A DNA stretch of 41,295 nucleotides, from positions 1 to 41,295 of the IMG/VR virus record IMGVR_UViG_3300017589_000110, one strand, 5' to 3'. A program made the translations under genes and the position numbers. Positions 17,725-27,878 of this stretch are shown here, piece after piece. The stretch's first letter is position 1. Each line of letters opens with the position of its first letter. Source of the stretch: a virus. Its lineage: Duplodnaviria > Caudoviricetes. Below the pieces are notes generated by a model. That model had not been told where the DNA came from and did no database searches. It saw only the letters and a list, made by a program, of their open reading frames with translations.

Positions 17725-17847
17725 GAGATGATCCAGTATCTCGTCATGAAGCACTGACGTTAAACAGGCTTATTTTTTATGTAAAATTTCGCTAACCTGC
17801 AGGCGTAAAAAGAGCAGGCAACAGAGGTGCAACCTCGTAAAAAAGCG
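17725..17847 (+). ncRNA. Structured leader upstream of the GP20-family scaffold gene (GP20-type RNA motif candidate)
   Basis: Stems GAGAT/ATCTC, CGTCA/TGACG, CCTGC/GCAGG, GAGG/CCTC and CGCT/AGCG; CGTAAAAA twice and CGTTAAA once. Confidence 0.5.
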
Positions 17848-17864
17848 TAGTTGAAAGGAGATAT

Positions 17865-18395
17865 ATGAAAAGAGAATATTTAAAAGAATTAGGACTTGCT
17901 GATGATGTTATAGATAAAATCATGGCTGAAAACGGCAAGGACATTGAATCAGAAAAATCCAAAGCGACATTAGAGACTTCAAAAGTGGAGGCTGCTAATA
18001 AAACAATTAAAGATCTACAGGATACAGTAAAAAAGTTTGATGGTGTGGATGTTGAGAAGCTTAAAAAAGATGCTGCAGATTGGGAAACAAAATACAATGC
18101 TGATACGTCACAAATTAAACTTGATAGTGCTTTAGAAATGGCTCTTGTATCAAATAAAGCAAAGAATACCAAAGCGGTTAAGGCATTGCTTGATGCTTCT
18201 ATTATTAAAATAGATGGTGAGAAACTTCTAGGACTTGATGATCAGTTGAAAAAGCTAAAGACTGATGCGGCTTATTTGTTTGATGAGGTTAAAGATACGA
18301 CTATAGTAAAAGTTGACAGCGGTAAACCTCATCAAGATCCACCTGAAACAGGACCAACAAGCTTGTTAGGCGCTTTGCAAGAAAAATTCAAATAA
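17865..18395 (+). CDS. Capsid scaffolding protein (Phage_GP20 family)
   Basis: MKREYLKELGL..IDKIMAENGKDI, AKN.KAVKALLD, GLDDQL..LK...YLF. Confidence 0.88.
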   Translation: MKREYLKELGLADDVIDKIMAENGKDIESEKSKATLETSKVEAANKTIKDLQDTVKKFDGVDVEKLKKDAADWETKYNADTSQIKLDSALEMALVSNKAKNTKAVKALLDASIIKIDGEKLLGLDDQLKKLKTDAAYLFDEVKDTTIVKVDSGKPHQDPPETGPTSLLGALQEKFK

Positions 18396-18409
18396 AAAAG
18401 GAGAATTAG

Positions 18410-19369
18410 ATGATTACATTATTAGAAGCAAAAGTAGGAATGGCCGACAAAGTAGATCAATTTGTTATTGATGAGTTCAGACGCTCGTCTTTACTACTTG
18501 ATAAATTAACATTTGACGACACTGTATCACCTGGGACAGGTGGTTCAACATTAACATACGGATATATTAAGTTGCTTACTCCAGCTACTGCAGGATTTAG
18601 AGCACTTAATACAGAATACACTTCTCAAGAAGCTAAACGTGAGAAAGCAACTGCAGATATCAAAATATTTGGTGGTTCTGCAAGCATAGACCGAATTATT
18701 CAAAGTACAAGTGGAGTTATTAATGAAATGGACTTTCAACTTAAAGAAAAAGTTAAAGGGGCAACTAATTTATTTCATTACACAACAATTAATGGAGATG
18801 CAACCGTAAAAACTGATGAATTTGATGGGTTGGATGTTATGCTAACAGGCTCAAGCACAGAGTATAACACAATTAATGCATTAGACCTATCAACATCTGC
18901 CTTACTTGATACAAACTACAAGACATTTCTTGACATGCTTGATGAGTTTCTTTCGGCATTTGATGGTGAACCAGGGATGCTCATGGGTAACAGTAAGCTT
19001 ATGACAAAAATTAGAAGTGCAGCAAGAAGAGCAGGATACCTTACTCAATCTGAAGATGCATTTGGAAGAAAAGTACTTGGTTATAACGGTATACCTCTAG
19101 TTGACCTTGGACATTATTACAATGGCACAGGCACAGTACCAACAATTGCTATTGATGGTACAGCAGGTACAACAGATCTTTATGCAGCAGCTTTTGGACT
19201 AGATGGATTTCATGGCGTTTCACCTGCAGGTGCAAAAATTGTAAACACATATCTTCCTGATATGACTCAACCAGGTGCAGTTAAGAAAGTTGAAGTTGAA
19301 ATGGCAGCTGCAGTTGTATTAAAGAACAGCAGAAAAGCTGGAGTATTTAGAAAAATTAAGGTTCAATAA
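18410..19369 (+). CDS. Major capsid protein
   Basis: 319 aa after the scaffold gene; ITLLEAK..., INGD...FDGL pattern. Confidence 0.88.
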   Translation: MITLLEAKVGMADKVDQFVIDEFRRSSLLLDKLTFDDTVSPGTGGSTLTYGYIKLLTPATAGFRALNTEYTSQEAKREKATADIKIFGGSASIDRIIQSTSGVINEMDFQLKEKVKGATNLFHYTTINGDATVKTDEFDGLDVMLTGSSTEYNTINALDLSTSALLDTNYKTFLDMLDEFLSAFDGEPGMLMGNSKLMTKIRSAARRAGYLTQSEDAFGRKVLGYNGIPLVDLGHYYNGTGTVPTIAIDGTAGTTDLYAAAFGLDGFHGVSPAGAKIVNTYLPDMTQPGAVKKVEVEMAAAVVLKNSRKAGVFRKIKVQ

Positions 19370-19383
19370 GAAAGGGGTATTTT

Positions 19384-19674
19384 ATGTTTAAAATAAATTT
19401 TCCTAATGAAAGAAAATTTAAAGGTGTTTACCTCTCTGTTTTATTTATGAACGGAGAGGGGACTACGGATAACAAATATCTTGCTGAGAGATTTAAGGCA
19501 AAAGGTTTAATTGTTGAGGAAGTTACACCAGTTGAAAATCCTTTTATGAAGATGAAAACTGCTGAACTGGAAGCAGCTGCAGCGGAACTTGGGATTGATA
19601 TATCTGACTGCAAGAACAATGCAGAAAGAGCACAAAGGTTATATGCATCAAGTCTTGATAAACAAGTAGAATAG
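19384..19674 (+). CDS. Head accessory protein with HeH/Rho-N-like C-terminus
   Basis: MKTAELEAAAAELGID motif; position after the major capsid gene. Confidence 0.55.
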   Translation: MFKINFPNERKFKGVYLSVLFMNGEGTTDNKYLAERFKAKGLIVEEVTPVENPFMKMKTAELEAAAAELGIDISDCKNNAERAQRLYASSLDKQVE

Positions 19675-19685
19675 GAGGCTAAATT

Positions 19686-20024
19686 ATGGCTTATGCGGAT
19701 TATACTTTCTATACTGAAACGTACAAAGGCAAAGCCATTATAGAAGCTGATTTTGATAGGCTGGAAACAAGAGCTAGCAGCTATATAGACAGCATTACTC
19801 AAGGCAGAGCATCCTCCTACTCTGCTGATGATGCCGTTAAAATGGCTGCTTGTGCTGTAGCTGATGCATGGCTGACTAATGAACGCGGCGGAGATTTACA
19901 AAGTCAAAGCGTTGGTAGTTGGTCAAGAACCTATGCAATTAAAGCAAAGAGCTCAGATAGCAAGTTATATGATGCAGCAAGCTTGTATTTATCCAGAACC
20001 GGTCTATTAAGTAGGTGGATATAA
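19686..20024 (+). CDS. Head-tail adaptor (connector)
   Basis: YADYTFY, RAS.YID..T, SQSVGSWS.TY, YL..TGLL. Confidence 0.8.
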   Translation: MAYADYTFYTETYKGKAIIEADFDRLETRASSYIDSITQGRASSYSADDAVKMAACAVADAWLTNERGGDLQSQSVGSWSRTYAIKAKSSDSKLYDAASLYLSRTGLLSRWI

Positions 20025-20422
20025 TGTTTAATGATACTTGTACAATTTATAATAAATATAATGATGCTGGTGTAGAAAAGTGGCAACGCACTGTATTAAC
20101 GGGTGTGTTTTGGGACAGTGTTAAGGGTTCTAACTATAGGAAAACTGGACTTGAAAATGCTGATAGTGTAACTATACTAATTCCTGCTTTTGTAACTGTA
20201 GATAAGGTGTTTGTGAACCCAAAGGGATGGCAAGCACTAACAGATAAAAAAGTACGCTGGACTTTGCAATCAGGTGACACAATTATAAAAGGATCTATCG
20301 GTTATGAAGTGGTTAAGTCTTCAAAGGAATTAGAGAAGTTTGACGATTGCTTGAAAATCACTAAAGCTGACAATAAAAGTTTTGGTAGCGGAATGGATCA
20401 CTGGGAGGTCGGTGGTAAATAA
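20024..20422 (+). CDS. Head closure/stopper protein (DUF6751-like)
   Basis: Neck position; CTIYN and HWEVGGK end; ATG overlaps the upstream stop. Confidence 0.7.
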   Translation: MFNDTCTIYNKYNDAGVEKWQRTVLTGVFWDSVKGSNYRKTGLENADSVTILIPAFVTVDKVFVNPKGWQALTDKKVRWTLQSGDTIIKGSIGYEVVKSSKELEKFDDCLKITKADNKSFGSGMDHWEVGGK

Positions 20423-20844
20423 TGAAAATTGAAACGCCAAGAGGAACGATAATTAAAACTATAAATGGCAATGCAAAACTTGAATGGAACCCTACCTTCC
20501 AACCTAAGTGGGAAGGTAGATATTCAAAAGCTCAAATGTTTGTTGACAGTGAAGTCTTAAGATTATCCGAACCGTATTTACCATTTCAAAGTGGAATGCT
20601 TAGAACCAGCGGTATCCTTGGTACTGTAATAGGTAGCGGTGAGGTTGTTTGGAACTCTCCATATGCAAGGTACTTGTATTATGGCAAAGTAATGGTTGGC
20701 AAGGCTCCAAAGAAAGTTACAAATAAAGATCTAACCTATTACTTTGCTCCCATGAGAGGTGCATTTTGGTTTGAAAGAATGAAGAAAGATAAAGGGCAAT
20801 CTATTTTAGATAAGTCTGCTATTATAGCTGGAGGTGGGATATGA
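20422..20844 (+). CDS. Neck protein (Minor_capsid_2 / HK97 gp10-like)
   Basis: YLPFQSGML, SPYARYLYYG, WFERMK. Confidence 0.75.
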   Translation: MKIETPRGTIIKTINGNAKLEWNPTFQPKWEGRYSKAQMFVDSEVLRLSEPYLPFQSGMLRTSGILGTVIGSGEVVWNSPYARYLYYGKVMVGKAPKKVTNKDLTYYFAPMRGAFWFERMKKDKGQSILDKSAIIAGGGI

Positions 20845-21266
20845 GTATAATTAAATCTTTACAGGATTATTTGGTAGCATTTGACGGCATGGAGTTAAGA
20901 CCTATTGCACAGGTGCTAACTGATACTACAAATGCTAATCCATCTAGCTACGCATTAGCTCCTGCTGGTAATGGAAAAATAGTTACAGATATTACAGGCA
21001 ATAAGACGTATCAAAATAATTATGTTTTCTATGCCAAAGAGGCTGCTGCGGATGAAGTGGATCGTCAAGAGAACTATGATTTTTTAGAGAGTTTTTCTGA
21101 CTGGATAGAAGAACAAAATGATAAAGAGAATTTTCCGGTACTTCCGGCTAATTATCAGGTAGAGGAAATAAAAGTATCAAATATATTACTGTTTGATATT
21201 GATGAAGATGGTACTGGAACGTATCAGGTACAAATACAATTAATCTTTATAAGAAAGAAGGGATAA
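20841..21266 (+). CDS. Tail terminator/completion protein
   Basis: Position before the tail tube gene; ends YQVQIQL. Confidence 0.65.
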   Translation: MSIIKSLQDYLVAFDGMELRPIAQVLTDTTNANPSSYALAPAGNGKIVTDITGNKTYQNNYVFYAKEAAADEVDRQENYDFLESFSDWIEEQNDKENFPVLPANYQVEEIKVSNILLFDIDEDGTGTYQVQIQLIFIRKKG

Positions 21267-21267
21267 T

Positions 21268-21771
21268 ATGAGTATAGCAGGAACAGGATATATAAAACGT
21301 GAAGAGTTTATGACCTTGATGGATGTTAGTGCAGACGGTACTACTCCAGAATGGGAACTCATTGGAGACAAAGTGGAAGAAATGTCACTTGAAATGAATC
21401 CCAATGTGGAGACTACAACAGATATTACAGGAAATACGTCAACAACCTTAGATAAATATGAGGTGCAGACATCAGTATCTCCAATGAGGGCAAAAAAAGA
21501 CAGTAAAACATTTGTTGTTTTATACGAAATAGTTAAAAATGAAAAAACATTGTCGGACGTTGAAAGAAATTTCCTTTGCGTAAACGTGTTTGATAAAACG
21601 GGCGAGAGTTCGACAGTAACATATGCAGCATGGACACAAAAGGGAGTTATTGCAGTGCAATCTTATGGCGGTGGTACTTCTGGTTTAGATATTCCATTTA
21701 ATATACATTGGATTGGAAAGAAAATTTATGGGACATTTGCCCCAGGTACAAAGACATTTACAGCTGCATAG
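21268..21771 (+). CDS. Major tail tube protein
   Basis: E.NP.VETTTDI.G, SYGG, G.F...TKTFT motifs; followed by a terminator. Confidence 0.8.
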   Translation: MSIAGTGYIKREEFMTLMDVSADGTTPEWELIGDKVEEMSLEMNPNVETTTDITGNTSTTLDKYEVQTSVSPMRAKKDSKTFVVLYEIVKNEKTLSDVERNFLCVNVFDKTGESSTVTYAAWTQKGVIAVQSYGGGTSGLDIPFNIHWIGKKIYGTFAPGTKTFTAA

Positions 21772-21776
21772 AATTT

Positions 21777-21801
21777 AAGCCCTGCTTATGTGGGGCTTTT
21801 T
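21777..21801 (+). terminator. Intrinsic terminator after the tail tube gene
   Basis: AAGCCCTGC-TTAT-GTGGGGCTTTTT. Confidence 0.75.
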
Positions 21802-21816
21802 AAATAGGAGATAGCT

Positions 21817-22251
21817 ATGAATAATATTAATATTAACACAGGAGAAATAAGGCTGACAATTAATGATGACGAGAACAGAGTTGTATCCTTTAATCCTAAT
21901 GATCTAGAATTTGTAAATAATCTTTATGAATTACTTGCAGATCTTGAAAATAAAGAAAAGGAATATAAACAAAAAGAGGTTGAAATTGATAAAAATACAG
22001 AGATTAATTCTTATGGTGTGCCGGTAAATCTAAAAGAGAAGCTAGAGCTATTAAGAGAAACATGTGGCTATATGCGAGAAAAAATAGATACTGTATTTGG
22101 AGAAGGAACAAGCCAAACGGTATTTGGCAATACAAATAACCTTGATATGTTTGAGCAGTTCTTTGAAGGAGTAACACCGTACATTCAAAAGGTGAGGAAT
22201 GTAAAAGTAAATAAATATACTAAAACAATTAAAAAGAATGTGATGAAATGA
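21817..22251 (+). CDS. Tail assembly chaperone
   Basis: FNP.D, ID.VFGEG.S..VFG motif; position. Confidence 0.75.
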   Translation: MNNININTGEIRLTINDDENRVVSFNPNDLEFVNNLYELLADLENKEKEYKQKEVEIDKNTEINSYGVPVNLKEKLELLRETCGYMREKIDTVFGEGTSQTVFGNTNNLDMFEQFFEGVTPYIQKVRNVKVNKYTKTIKKNVMK

Positions 22252-22808
22252 TACTGATTGAAGGACTTCCTACAGCGATTGAGATTAATGATGTTGAGTA
22301 TGACGTTGATGCAAATTATCAAACTGGAATAAAAATCATAATGGCCTTTGAAGATAATGAGCTCACACAATATGAAAAGTGCATGATTTTAGTTGAGTTA
22401 CTGTATAAAGAAGTACCACACAATATGAATGAAGCTGTAAAACAGGGAATAAAGTTTTTAAATTGTGGCGATATCAGTCAAGGCTCTGCAGAAGGTGACG
22501 GAATACGGAAATATTCCTTTACTCAGGATGATAAATATATTTATCGTGCAGTTGATGGAGTGCTGCAGGGCAGATTAAGCAAGGGAGAATTCGTTCACTG
22601 GTGGGAATTTGTTCTTGCTTTTATTGAGTTGCCTGAAGAGTGTTTTATGAGCCGATTAATTTATCTTAGAACGCAAAAGGCAAAAGGAAATCTCTCAAAG
22701 GAAGAAAGAGAGCTCTGTTTTAAGATTAAAGATATTGTTGATTTGAGAGAGAAATACAGTATTGAAGAGCAAAATAAGGTTAATGAATTTATGGAGCTAA
22801 TAAAATAA
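22248..22808 (+). CDS. A118 Gp15-family tail assembly protein
   Basis: LP..IEI, YSF.QD..YIY, HWWEF..F..L motifs. Confidence 0.8.
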   Translation: MILIEGLPTAIEINDVEYDVDANYQTGIKIIMAFEDNELTQYEKCMILVELLYKEVPHNMNEAVKQGIKFLNCGDISQGSAEGDGIRKYSFTQDDKYIYRAVDGVLQGRLSKGEFVHWWEFVLAFIELPEECFMSRLIYLRTQKAKGNLSKEERELCFKIKDIVDLREKYSIEEQNKVNEFMELIK

Positions 22809-22820
22809 TACTGACAAGTA

Positions 22821-22848
22821 TTGACATTGTTTTCCTATATGATATAAT
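22821..22848 (+). promoter_or_regulatory. SigA promoter of the tail-module moron
   Basis: TTGACA-16-TATAAT with extended TG. Confidence 0.75.
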
Positions 22849-22881
22849 TTTAGCATCATATTTATAGGGTGGTGATGTTGT

Positions 22882-23340
22882 ATGTTTTGTATTAATTGTG
22901 GTCAAGAAGTAACAGGAAAGTTTTGCTCAAACTGCGGTACTCCGTTAAATTCGAGTACGACAAGTACGATTGAAGAAAATGAGGAAACAGTTTTATTTGA
23001 GTGTCAGCCTTCTGGATTAATTGACAAGGCTAAATCGCAAATGAATGTAAATGCAACACGATATATACTTACTAATCAGAGAATAATCGTAGAAAGCGGA
23101 CTGCTTTCTAAAAAGCAAGAGGAAATAGAATTGCATAAAATTAAAGATTTTAGTGTTAAGCAATCATTGACAGAAAAAATAATGGGGATTGGAAATATTG
23201 AAATTATGTCTATTGATGCAAGCACTCCTCTGCTTGTATTAAGCAACGTAGAAAATCCTTTTGTGGTGAAAGATAAGATCCGATTAGCCATGTTAGAGCA
23301 TAAAAAGAGATTCAATATCTCATATCGTGAAATGCTATAA
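22882..23340 (+). CDS. Moron: zinc-ribbon + bacterial PH (bPH) domain protein
   Basis: FC.NCG...KFCSNCG; Y.LTNQRI...SGLLSK...I...KI.D..V.QS..EK.MG.G.I. Confidence 0.8.
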   Translation: MFCINCGQEVTGKFCSNCGTPLNSSTTSTIEENEETVLFECQPSGLIDKAKSQMNVNATRYILTNQRIIVESGLLSKKQEEIELHKIKDFSVKQSLTEKIMGIGNIEIMSIDASTPLLVLSNVENPFVVKDKIRLAMLEHKKRFNISYREML

Positions 23341-23350
23341 TTATTAATTT

Positions 23351-23376
23351 GCACTTACAAATGTAGGTGCTTTTTT
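23351..23376 (+). terminator. Intrinsic terminator of the moron
   Basis: GCACTTAC-AAAT-GTAGGTGC-TTTTTT. Confidence 0.75.
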
Positions 23377-23408
23377 AATGGAAATTTTTAAGAAAGGCAG
23401 GTGATTAA

Positions 23409-25916
23409 ATGGCTGCAGGTTATGATGGTAGTATAAGAATAGATACTAATATTAATACTAAAGGATTTAATACCGGATCAAATCAGATAGGTAAGGGTTT
23501 GAGCGGTATAACATCTTCATTAAAAAAAATGGCAGTTGCTACTGGGATAGCTTTTGGTGTGGCTGCAATTATCAATTTTGGGAAAGCATCTGTTAAAGCA
23601 TCTACCGATTTAACAAATGCGATGACTGGATTAAAAAGTGTTATGGATGGCCAAGGTAGAAGCTTTAATCAAGCACAAAAATTTATAAATGATTACGTAT
23701 CTGATGGTCTTATTCCAGCAACGCAAGCCATTACAGCATATAAAAACCTCGCTTTGCGTGGCTATGATGATAGTCAAATAAAACAAGTAATGGTTGCTCT
23801 TAAAGATAGTGCCGCTTATGGTAGACAGTCAAGTCTATCTATGGGAGAAGCAGTACAAAGTGCTACAGAAGGCTTAAAAAATGAAAATTCTATACTAGTG
23901 GATAATGCAGGTGTAACTAAAAACGTGGCAAAGATGTGGGAAGACTATGCCAAAAGTATAGGTACCACATCTAATAGTTTGACAAAGCAACAAAAGATAC
24001 AAGCTGAAGTGCTTGGAATTATGGAAGAAACAAGGTTTCAAACTGGAGATGCTGCAAATATTGCTGATAGCTATTCAGGACAGGTATTAAAACTTGGATA
24101 TAATTTTAATAATTTAAAAATAGCTGTAGGAAATGCCCTTATTCCTATGGCTCAAGCAATATTACCGTCTATAAATGCGATTATAGCAGCCTTAACACGA
24201 CTTGCCAATGTGTTCGCTCAGGTAACTACTGCTATTTTTGGAAAGCAAGCAAAGCAGCAAGAGCAAATTGCTAAAAGCGGAACCAATGCTGCAAAAGCTC
24301 AATCTAATTTAGCATCTGCAACTAAGAAAGCAGGAAAAGAAGCAAAGGGGGCAGTTGCAGGATTTGACGAATTAAACGTATTGACTAAAGAAACAGCAAG
24401 TTCAGCGGACGGAGCAACCGATGGATTAGGGGAAGATATTGCAGTTGGAGAGATAGCTGCAGGTGGTGAAATAGGCTCAGGCGTTACAGTTTCATCGGAT
24501 GTAGAAAATGCAATAAACAATATAAAGGGCTATTTAATGCAAATACAATCATATGTTGATGAATACTTAAAAGCCCCCTTCAATGCAGCTATTGATATGA
24601 TTACGCCTAAAATTGAAGAATTTAAAACTATTTTAAGCGGAGTATGGGCTGATGTAGGAAATTTAGGACAACCTTTGAAAGATTGGTTTATGAATGATTT
24701 CACTCCATTCTTACAGACATCGATACAATCTTTAGGGACTATTATTTCGGGTTTATTTGATACTTTTAACATGGTATTTGCCGATATATGGAATATTGTT
24801 GTTTATCCCACGCTTGAAAAAACCATAACTGTATGGTTACCTGTTATAACAGCTTTTACAACAAAAGCAAATGAAGCTTTTATGGTGCTATTTGAAGAAG
24901 TAAAAAATATATTTGATATGCTGTGGCAGGAAGGTGTAAAACCTGCTTTAGTGATATTAATGGGTATATGGAACGATATGGTAGATAGTTTTGCTGAAGC
25001 ATGGAACACATACGGAGAACCTATATTCGAAGGAATAAAGGAAGTTTTTAGAGGTGTTGGGGAAGTATTAAAAACTGTATGGGAAACAACTCTAAAGCCT
25101 GTTTGGGACACTTTTATGCAGACAGTTGATTGGCTATGGACTAACCATTTAAAACCGCTCTTAGATAATTTTCTTGCTTTGGTGGGTGAGTTTATTGTGG
25201 CGGCTCTAAGAATTATAAACGAGTTCATATTACCAATTGTAAATTCATTTGTTGAGACATTTGGACCAACTATAGCCAATGTATTTCAGACCGTTATAAG
25301 TATCTTAGGTACATTCCTAGCTACAGCAGCTGATGTAATAAGTGGCGTAATAACTGTTATAAGGGGAATAATTGAATTTCTTGCAGGTGCGTTTACAGGT
25401 GATTGGAAAAAAGCTTGGAATGGGTTAGTTAAAATATTTAAAGGTATTTTCGAGGGGATAGGCGGTATTATCAAAGGAGTTGTAAATACAGCAATAGACA
25501 TGATAAACAGTATGATTAGAGCCATTACAAACGGATTAAATTTTGTAATTGGAGCCATGAATAAATTAAGTTGGGATGTTCCTGATTGGGTGCCTGGAAT
25601 AGGCGGTAAAAAATGGGGTTTTGATATACAAACTCTTACAGCACCAATAATACCTAAACTTGCCACAGGTGCAGTAATACCTCCGAACTCTGAATTTTTG
25701 GCTATACTTGGGGACCAAAAGAGTGGAAGAAATATAGAAACACCTGAAAGTTTATTAAGACAAATTGTAAGGGAAGAATTAGGTGGAATGATGCAGGGTG
25801 GAGATATAACTATAGAAAATATTATGAATTTAGACGGAGATGTTGTTTATAGAGACGTAAAGAAAATTGCTTGGGAACAATTCAAACGTACGGGTGAATC
25901 CCCATTCCCAGCATAA
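23409..25916 (+). CDS. Tail tape measure protein
   Basis: DGSIRIDT start, Ala-rich helices, periodic Trp/Phe repeats, IPKLATGAVI..GD motif. Confidence 0.9.
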   Translation: MAAGYDGSIRIDTNINTKGFNTGSNQIGKGLSGITSSLKKMAVATGIAFGVAAIINFGKASVKASTDLTNAMTGLKSVMDGQGRSFNQAQKFINDYVSDGLIPATQAITAYKNLALRGYDDSQIKQVMVALKDSAAYGRQSSLSMGEAVQSATEGLKNENSILVDNAGVTKNVAKMWEDYAKSIGTTSNSLTKQQKIQAEVLGIMEETRFQTGDAANIADSYSGQVLKLGYNFNNLKIAVGNALIPMAQAILPSINAIIAALTRLANVFAQVTTAIFGKQAKQQEQIAKSGTNAAKAQSNLASATKKAGKEAKGAVAGFDELNVLTKETASSADGATDGLGEDIAVGEIAAGGEIGSGVTVSSDVENAINNIKGYLMQIQSYVDEYLKAPFNAAIDMITPKIEEFKTILSGVWADVGNLGQPLKDWFMNDFTPFLQTSIQSLGTIISGLFDTFNMVFADIWNIVVYPTLEKTITVWLPVITAFTTKANEAFMVLFEEVKNIFDMLWQEGVKPALVILMGIWNDMVDSFAEAWNTYGEPIFEGIKEVFRGVGEVLKTVWETTLKPVWDTFMQTVDWLWTNHLKPLLDNFLALVGEFIVAALRIINEFILPIVNSFVETFGPTIANVFQTVISILGTFLATAADVISGVITVIRGIIEFLAGAFTGDWKKAWNGLVKIFKGIFEGIGGIIKGVVNTAIDMINSMIRAITNGLNFVIGAMNKLSWDVPDWVPGIGGKKWGFDIQTLTAPIIPKLATGAVIPPNSEFLAILGDQKSGRNIETPESLLRQIVREELGGMMQGGDITIENIMNLDGDVVYRDVKKIAWEQFKRTGESPFPA

Positions 25917-25929
25917 GGAGGCGGTAGCG

Positions 25930-26295
25930 ATGGCAGATATGATAAAAATAAATGGAATATGGATTCCTACTCCTGGATCCTTTTCTTGGGGTATGTCAGA
26001 TCTTGATGCATCAGCGGAAAGATCTGCAAGTGGTTTTTTAATTAGAGAGCGTATCCGTAGTGGAGTCAGGAAGGTAACTTTCAGCTGGAGTGCGTTCCCA
26101 GATATGCAAAAATTTTATGATTTTATAAAAGCAATGGAGGAGCTTCCGGAAGAATTTGAAATGCAGTATCCTGATGCAACTGGTGAACTTCTAACTAAAA
26201 CGATGTATAGAACAGATGTAAATGCAGAGATGCAGGCGTATAAAGATGGTAGAAGTCACTGGAAAGACTGTAAGACAAGCTTTATAGAGATTTAG
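25930..26295 (+). CDS. Distal tail-type protein (DUF6711-like)
   Basis: AGGAGG RBS supports ATG 25930; ING..IPTP, DLD..R.ASG...RERIR, FIE end. Confidence 0.7.
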   Translation: MADMIKINGIWIPTPGSFSWGMSDLDASAERSASGFLIRERIRSGVRKVTFSWSAFPDMQKFYDFIKAMEELPEEFEMQYPDATGELLTKTMYRTDVNAEMQAYKDGRSHWKDCKTSFIEI

Positions 26296-26307
26296 GACGG
26301 TGATGAA

Positions 26308-27873
26308 TTGTTAAACACAAGTCAGGAGTGGAAAGATAATATATACAAATCAAACGAAAAGAAAATACTTTTTACGGTAGGCACGAAAACTTTTGGTGAT
26401 AATGATATACAAGGCAAAGTTGAAATACAGGAAACTTGCACAAATGGCCAAGATATAAAAGTAGGCAGTTGCATAGCTTCAAGCTTGAAATTCAACGTCA
26501 CAAATACAGGACAAAGCATTGATTTTCTAAGCAATGACATAAATGTACAAGTAGGTATAAGAATCCCTTCTACGGGCGAATATGAGTTCGTACCAATGGG
26601 GATTTTTCTTTGTGATGAGATAGATGATAAAGACGAAAGAGTATTCAAAATTACTTGTCGAGATAGGATGAAGCTCTTTGAAAAAGACTGTATGGAATTC
26701 CTTGCAACAAGGATATACCCAATTTCATTATTTAATCTGACACAACAACTATGCAGCTATGTAGGAGTCGAGTTAGAAAATATCACTATAACAAACGGTG
26801 ATTATCTGGTTGAAGAAAACTTCAAAGCTATGGAGTTTACATCTCAGCAATTATTATCCTGGATTGGTGAAGTAGCAGGCAGCTTTGTAAATGTAAATAG
26901 GCAAGGTAAACTTGTATTTAAGATATTTACTGCTACTACAAATGATATAACCGGTATGGATTATATAAACGTAACCGCTGCAAAATATACAGTACCTCAG
27001 ATAACACGCCTGCAGGTAGCCGTTGAAGAAAAAGACCTTGGGGTAATAGTCGGTACAGGCAATATAACCTATGCGATTATAAATAATCCACTGCTATATA
27101 CAAAGTCTGAAGCACAGATTACTCCAGCCATGACTAATATACTATCCAGGCTACAATCAATACCTGTATATGTTCCCTGTAAACTCTATGGCAAGGGTAA
27201 TCCAGCAGTTGAGGCAGGGGACATAATTCGAGCTACAACGGTCAAAGGTGAAGAGCTTGACGTATTAGTCATGGATAGAAAATTTGTCTACCAAAAGAGT
27301 TTTCGTGATACATATGAGAGTTTCGGAACAGCTTCTGTAGGTGAAAAAAGAATAGTTCAAAGTAGCCTAATACAGATAAAAGGCAAAATGAACATACTAA
27401 CAAGAACGTTAGAAAAAAACGCCTTGAAAGTAGCAGATCTTGAAGTTGGGTACAATGAAATTTCCCAAACTGTAAATGAAACAGTGTCCACTATATCGAA
27501 CATCAACGGAGATATATCGCAAATTAAACAAGATGTAGGGAATGTGACAATAAGAGTTAGCTCGACAGAGGAAACAGTAGAAGAATTAGGACAGAAAATA
27601 CCGTACAAGGTGGATATTATAAGTACAAATGGTGTTGTATTCAAAAGCGGTGACATTGTAACAACTTTAATAGCAAGAGTGTACCGAGGTGATGAAGATA
27701 TAACGGACAGTCTAAATGCTGCATTATTCAAATGGACACGAGTATCTGATGATACAGAAAGTGATGAAGCTTGGAACGCTTCTCATTTTGGAGGAATAAA
27801 ACAAATAAATGTAACAACAGAGGACGTACTAAGGAGAGCAACGTTCTTCTGCAAACTATTAAACGAGGAGTGA
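26308..27873 (+). CDS. Tail tip/baseplate hub protein
   Basis: VG.C.AS, VPMG.F, GNP.VEAGD motifs; coiled coil; Ig-like C-terminus. Confidence 0.7.
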   Translation: MLNTSQEWKDNIYKSNEKKILFTVGTKTFGDNDIQGKVEIQETCTNGQDIKVGSCIASSLKFNVTNTGQSIDFLSNDINVQVGIRIPSTGEYEFVPMGIFLCDEIDDKDERVFKITCRDRMKLFEKDCMEFLATRIYPISLFNLTQQLCSYVGVELENITITNGDYLVEENFKAMEFTSQQLLSWIGEVAGSFVNVNRQGKLVFKIFTATTNDITGMDYINVTAAKYTVPQITRLQVAVEEKDLGVIVGTGNITYAIINNPLLYTKSEAQITPAMTNILSRLQSIPVYVPCKLYGKGNPAVEAGDIIRATTVKGEELDVLVMDRKFVYQKSFRDTYESFGTASVGEKRIVQSSLIQIKGKMNILTRTLEKNALKVADLEVGYNEISQTVNETVSTISNINGDISQIKQDVGNVTIRVSSTEETVEELGQKIPYKVDIISTNGVVFKSGDIVTTLIARVYRGDEDITDSLNAALFKWTRVSDDTESDEAWNASHFGGIKQINVTTEDVLRRATFFCKLLNEE

Positions 27874-27878
27874 TATAA

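Noticed and set aside
22225-22251. Possible lambda G/GT-type -1 frameshift at the end of the tail chaperone
   Set aside because: TTAAAAAG is not a canonical XXXYYYZ heptamer, and the next gene has its own ATGA-coupled start
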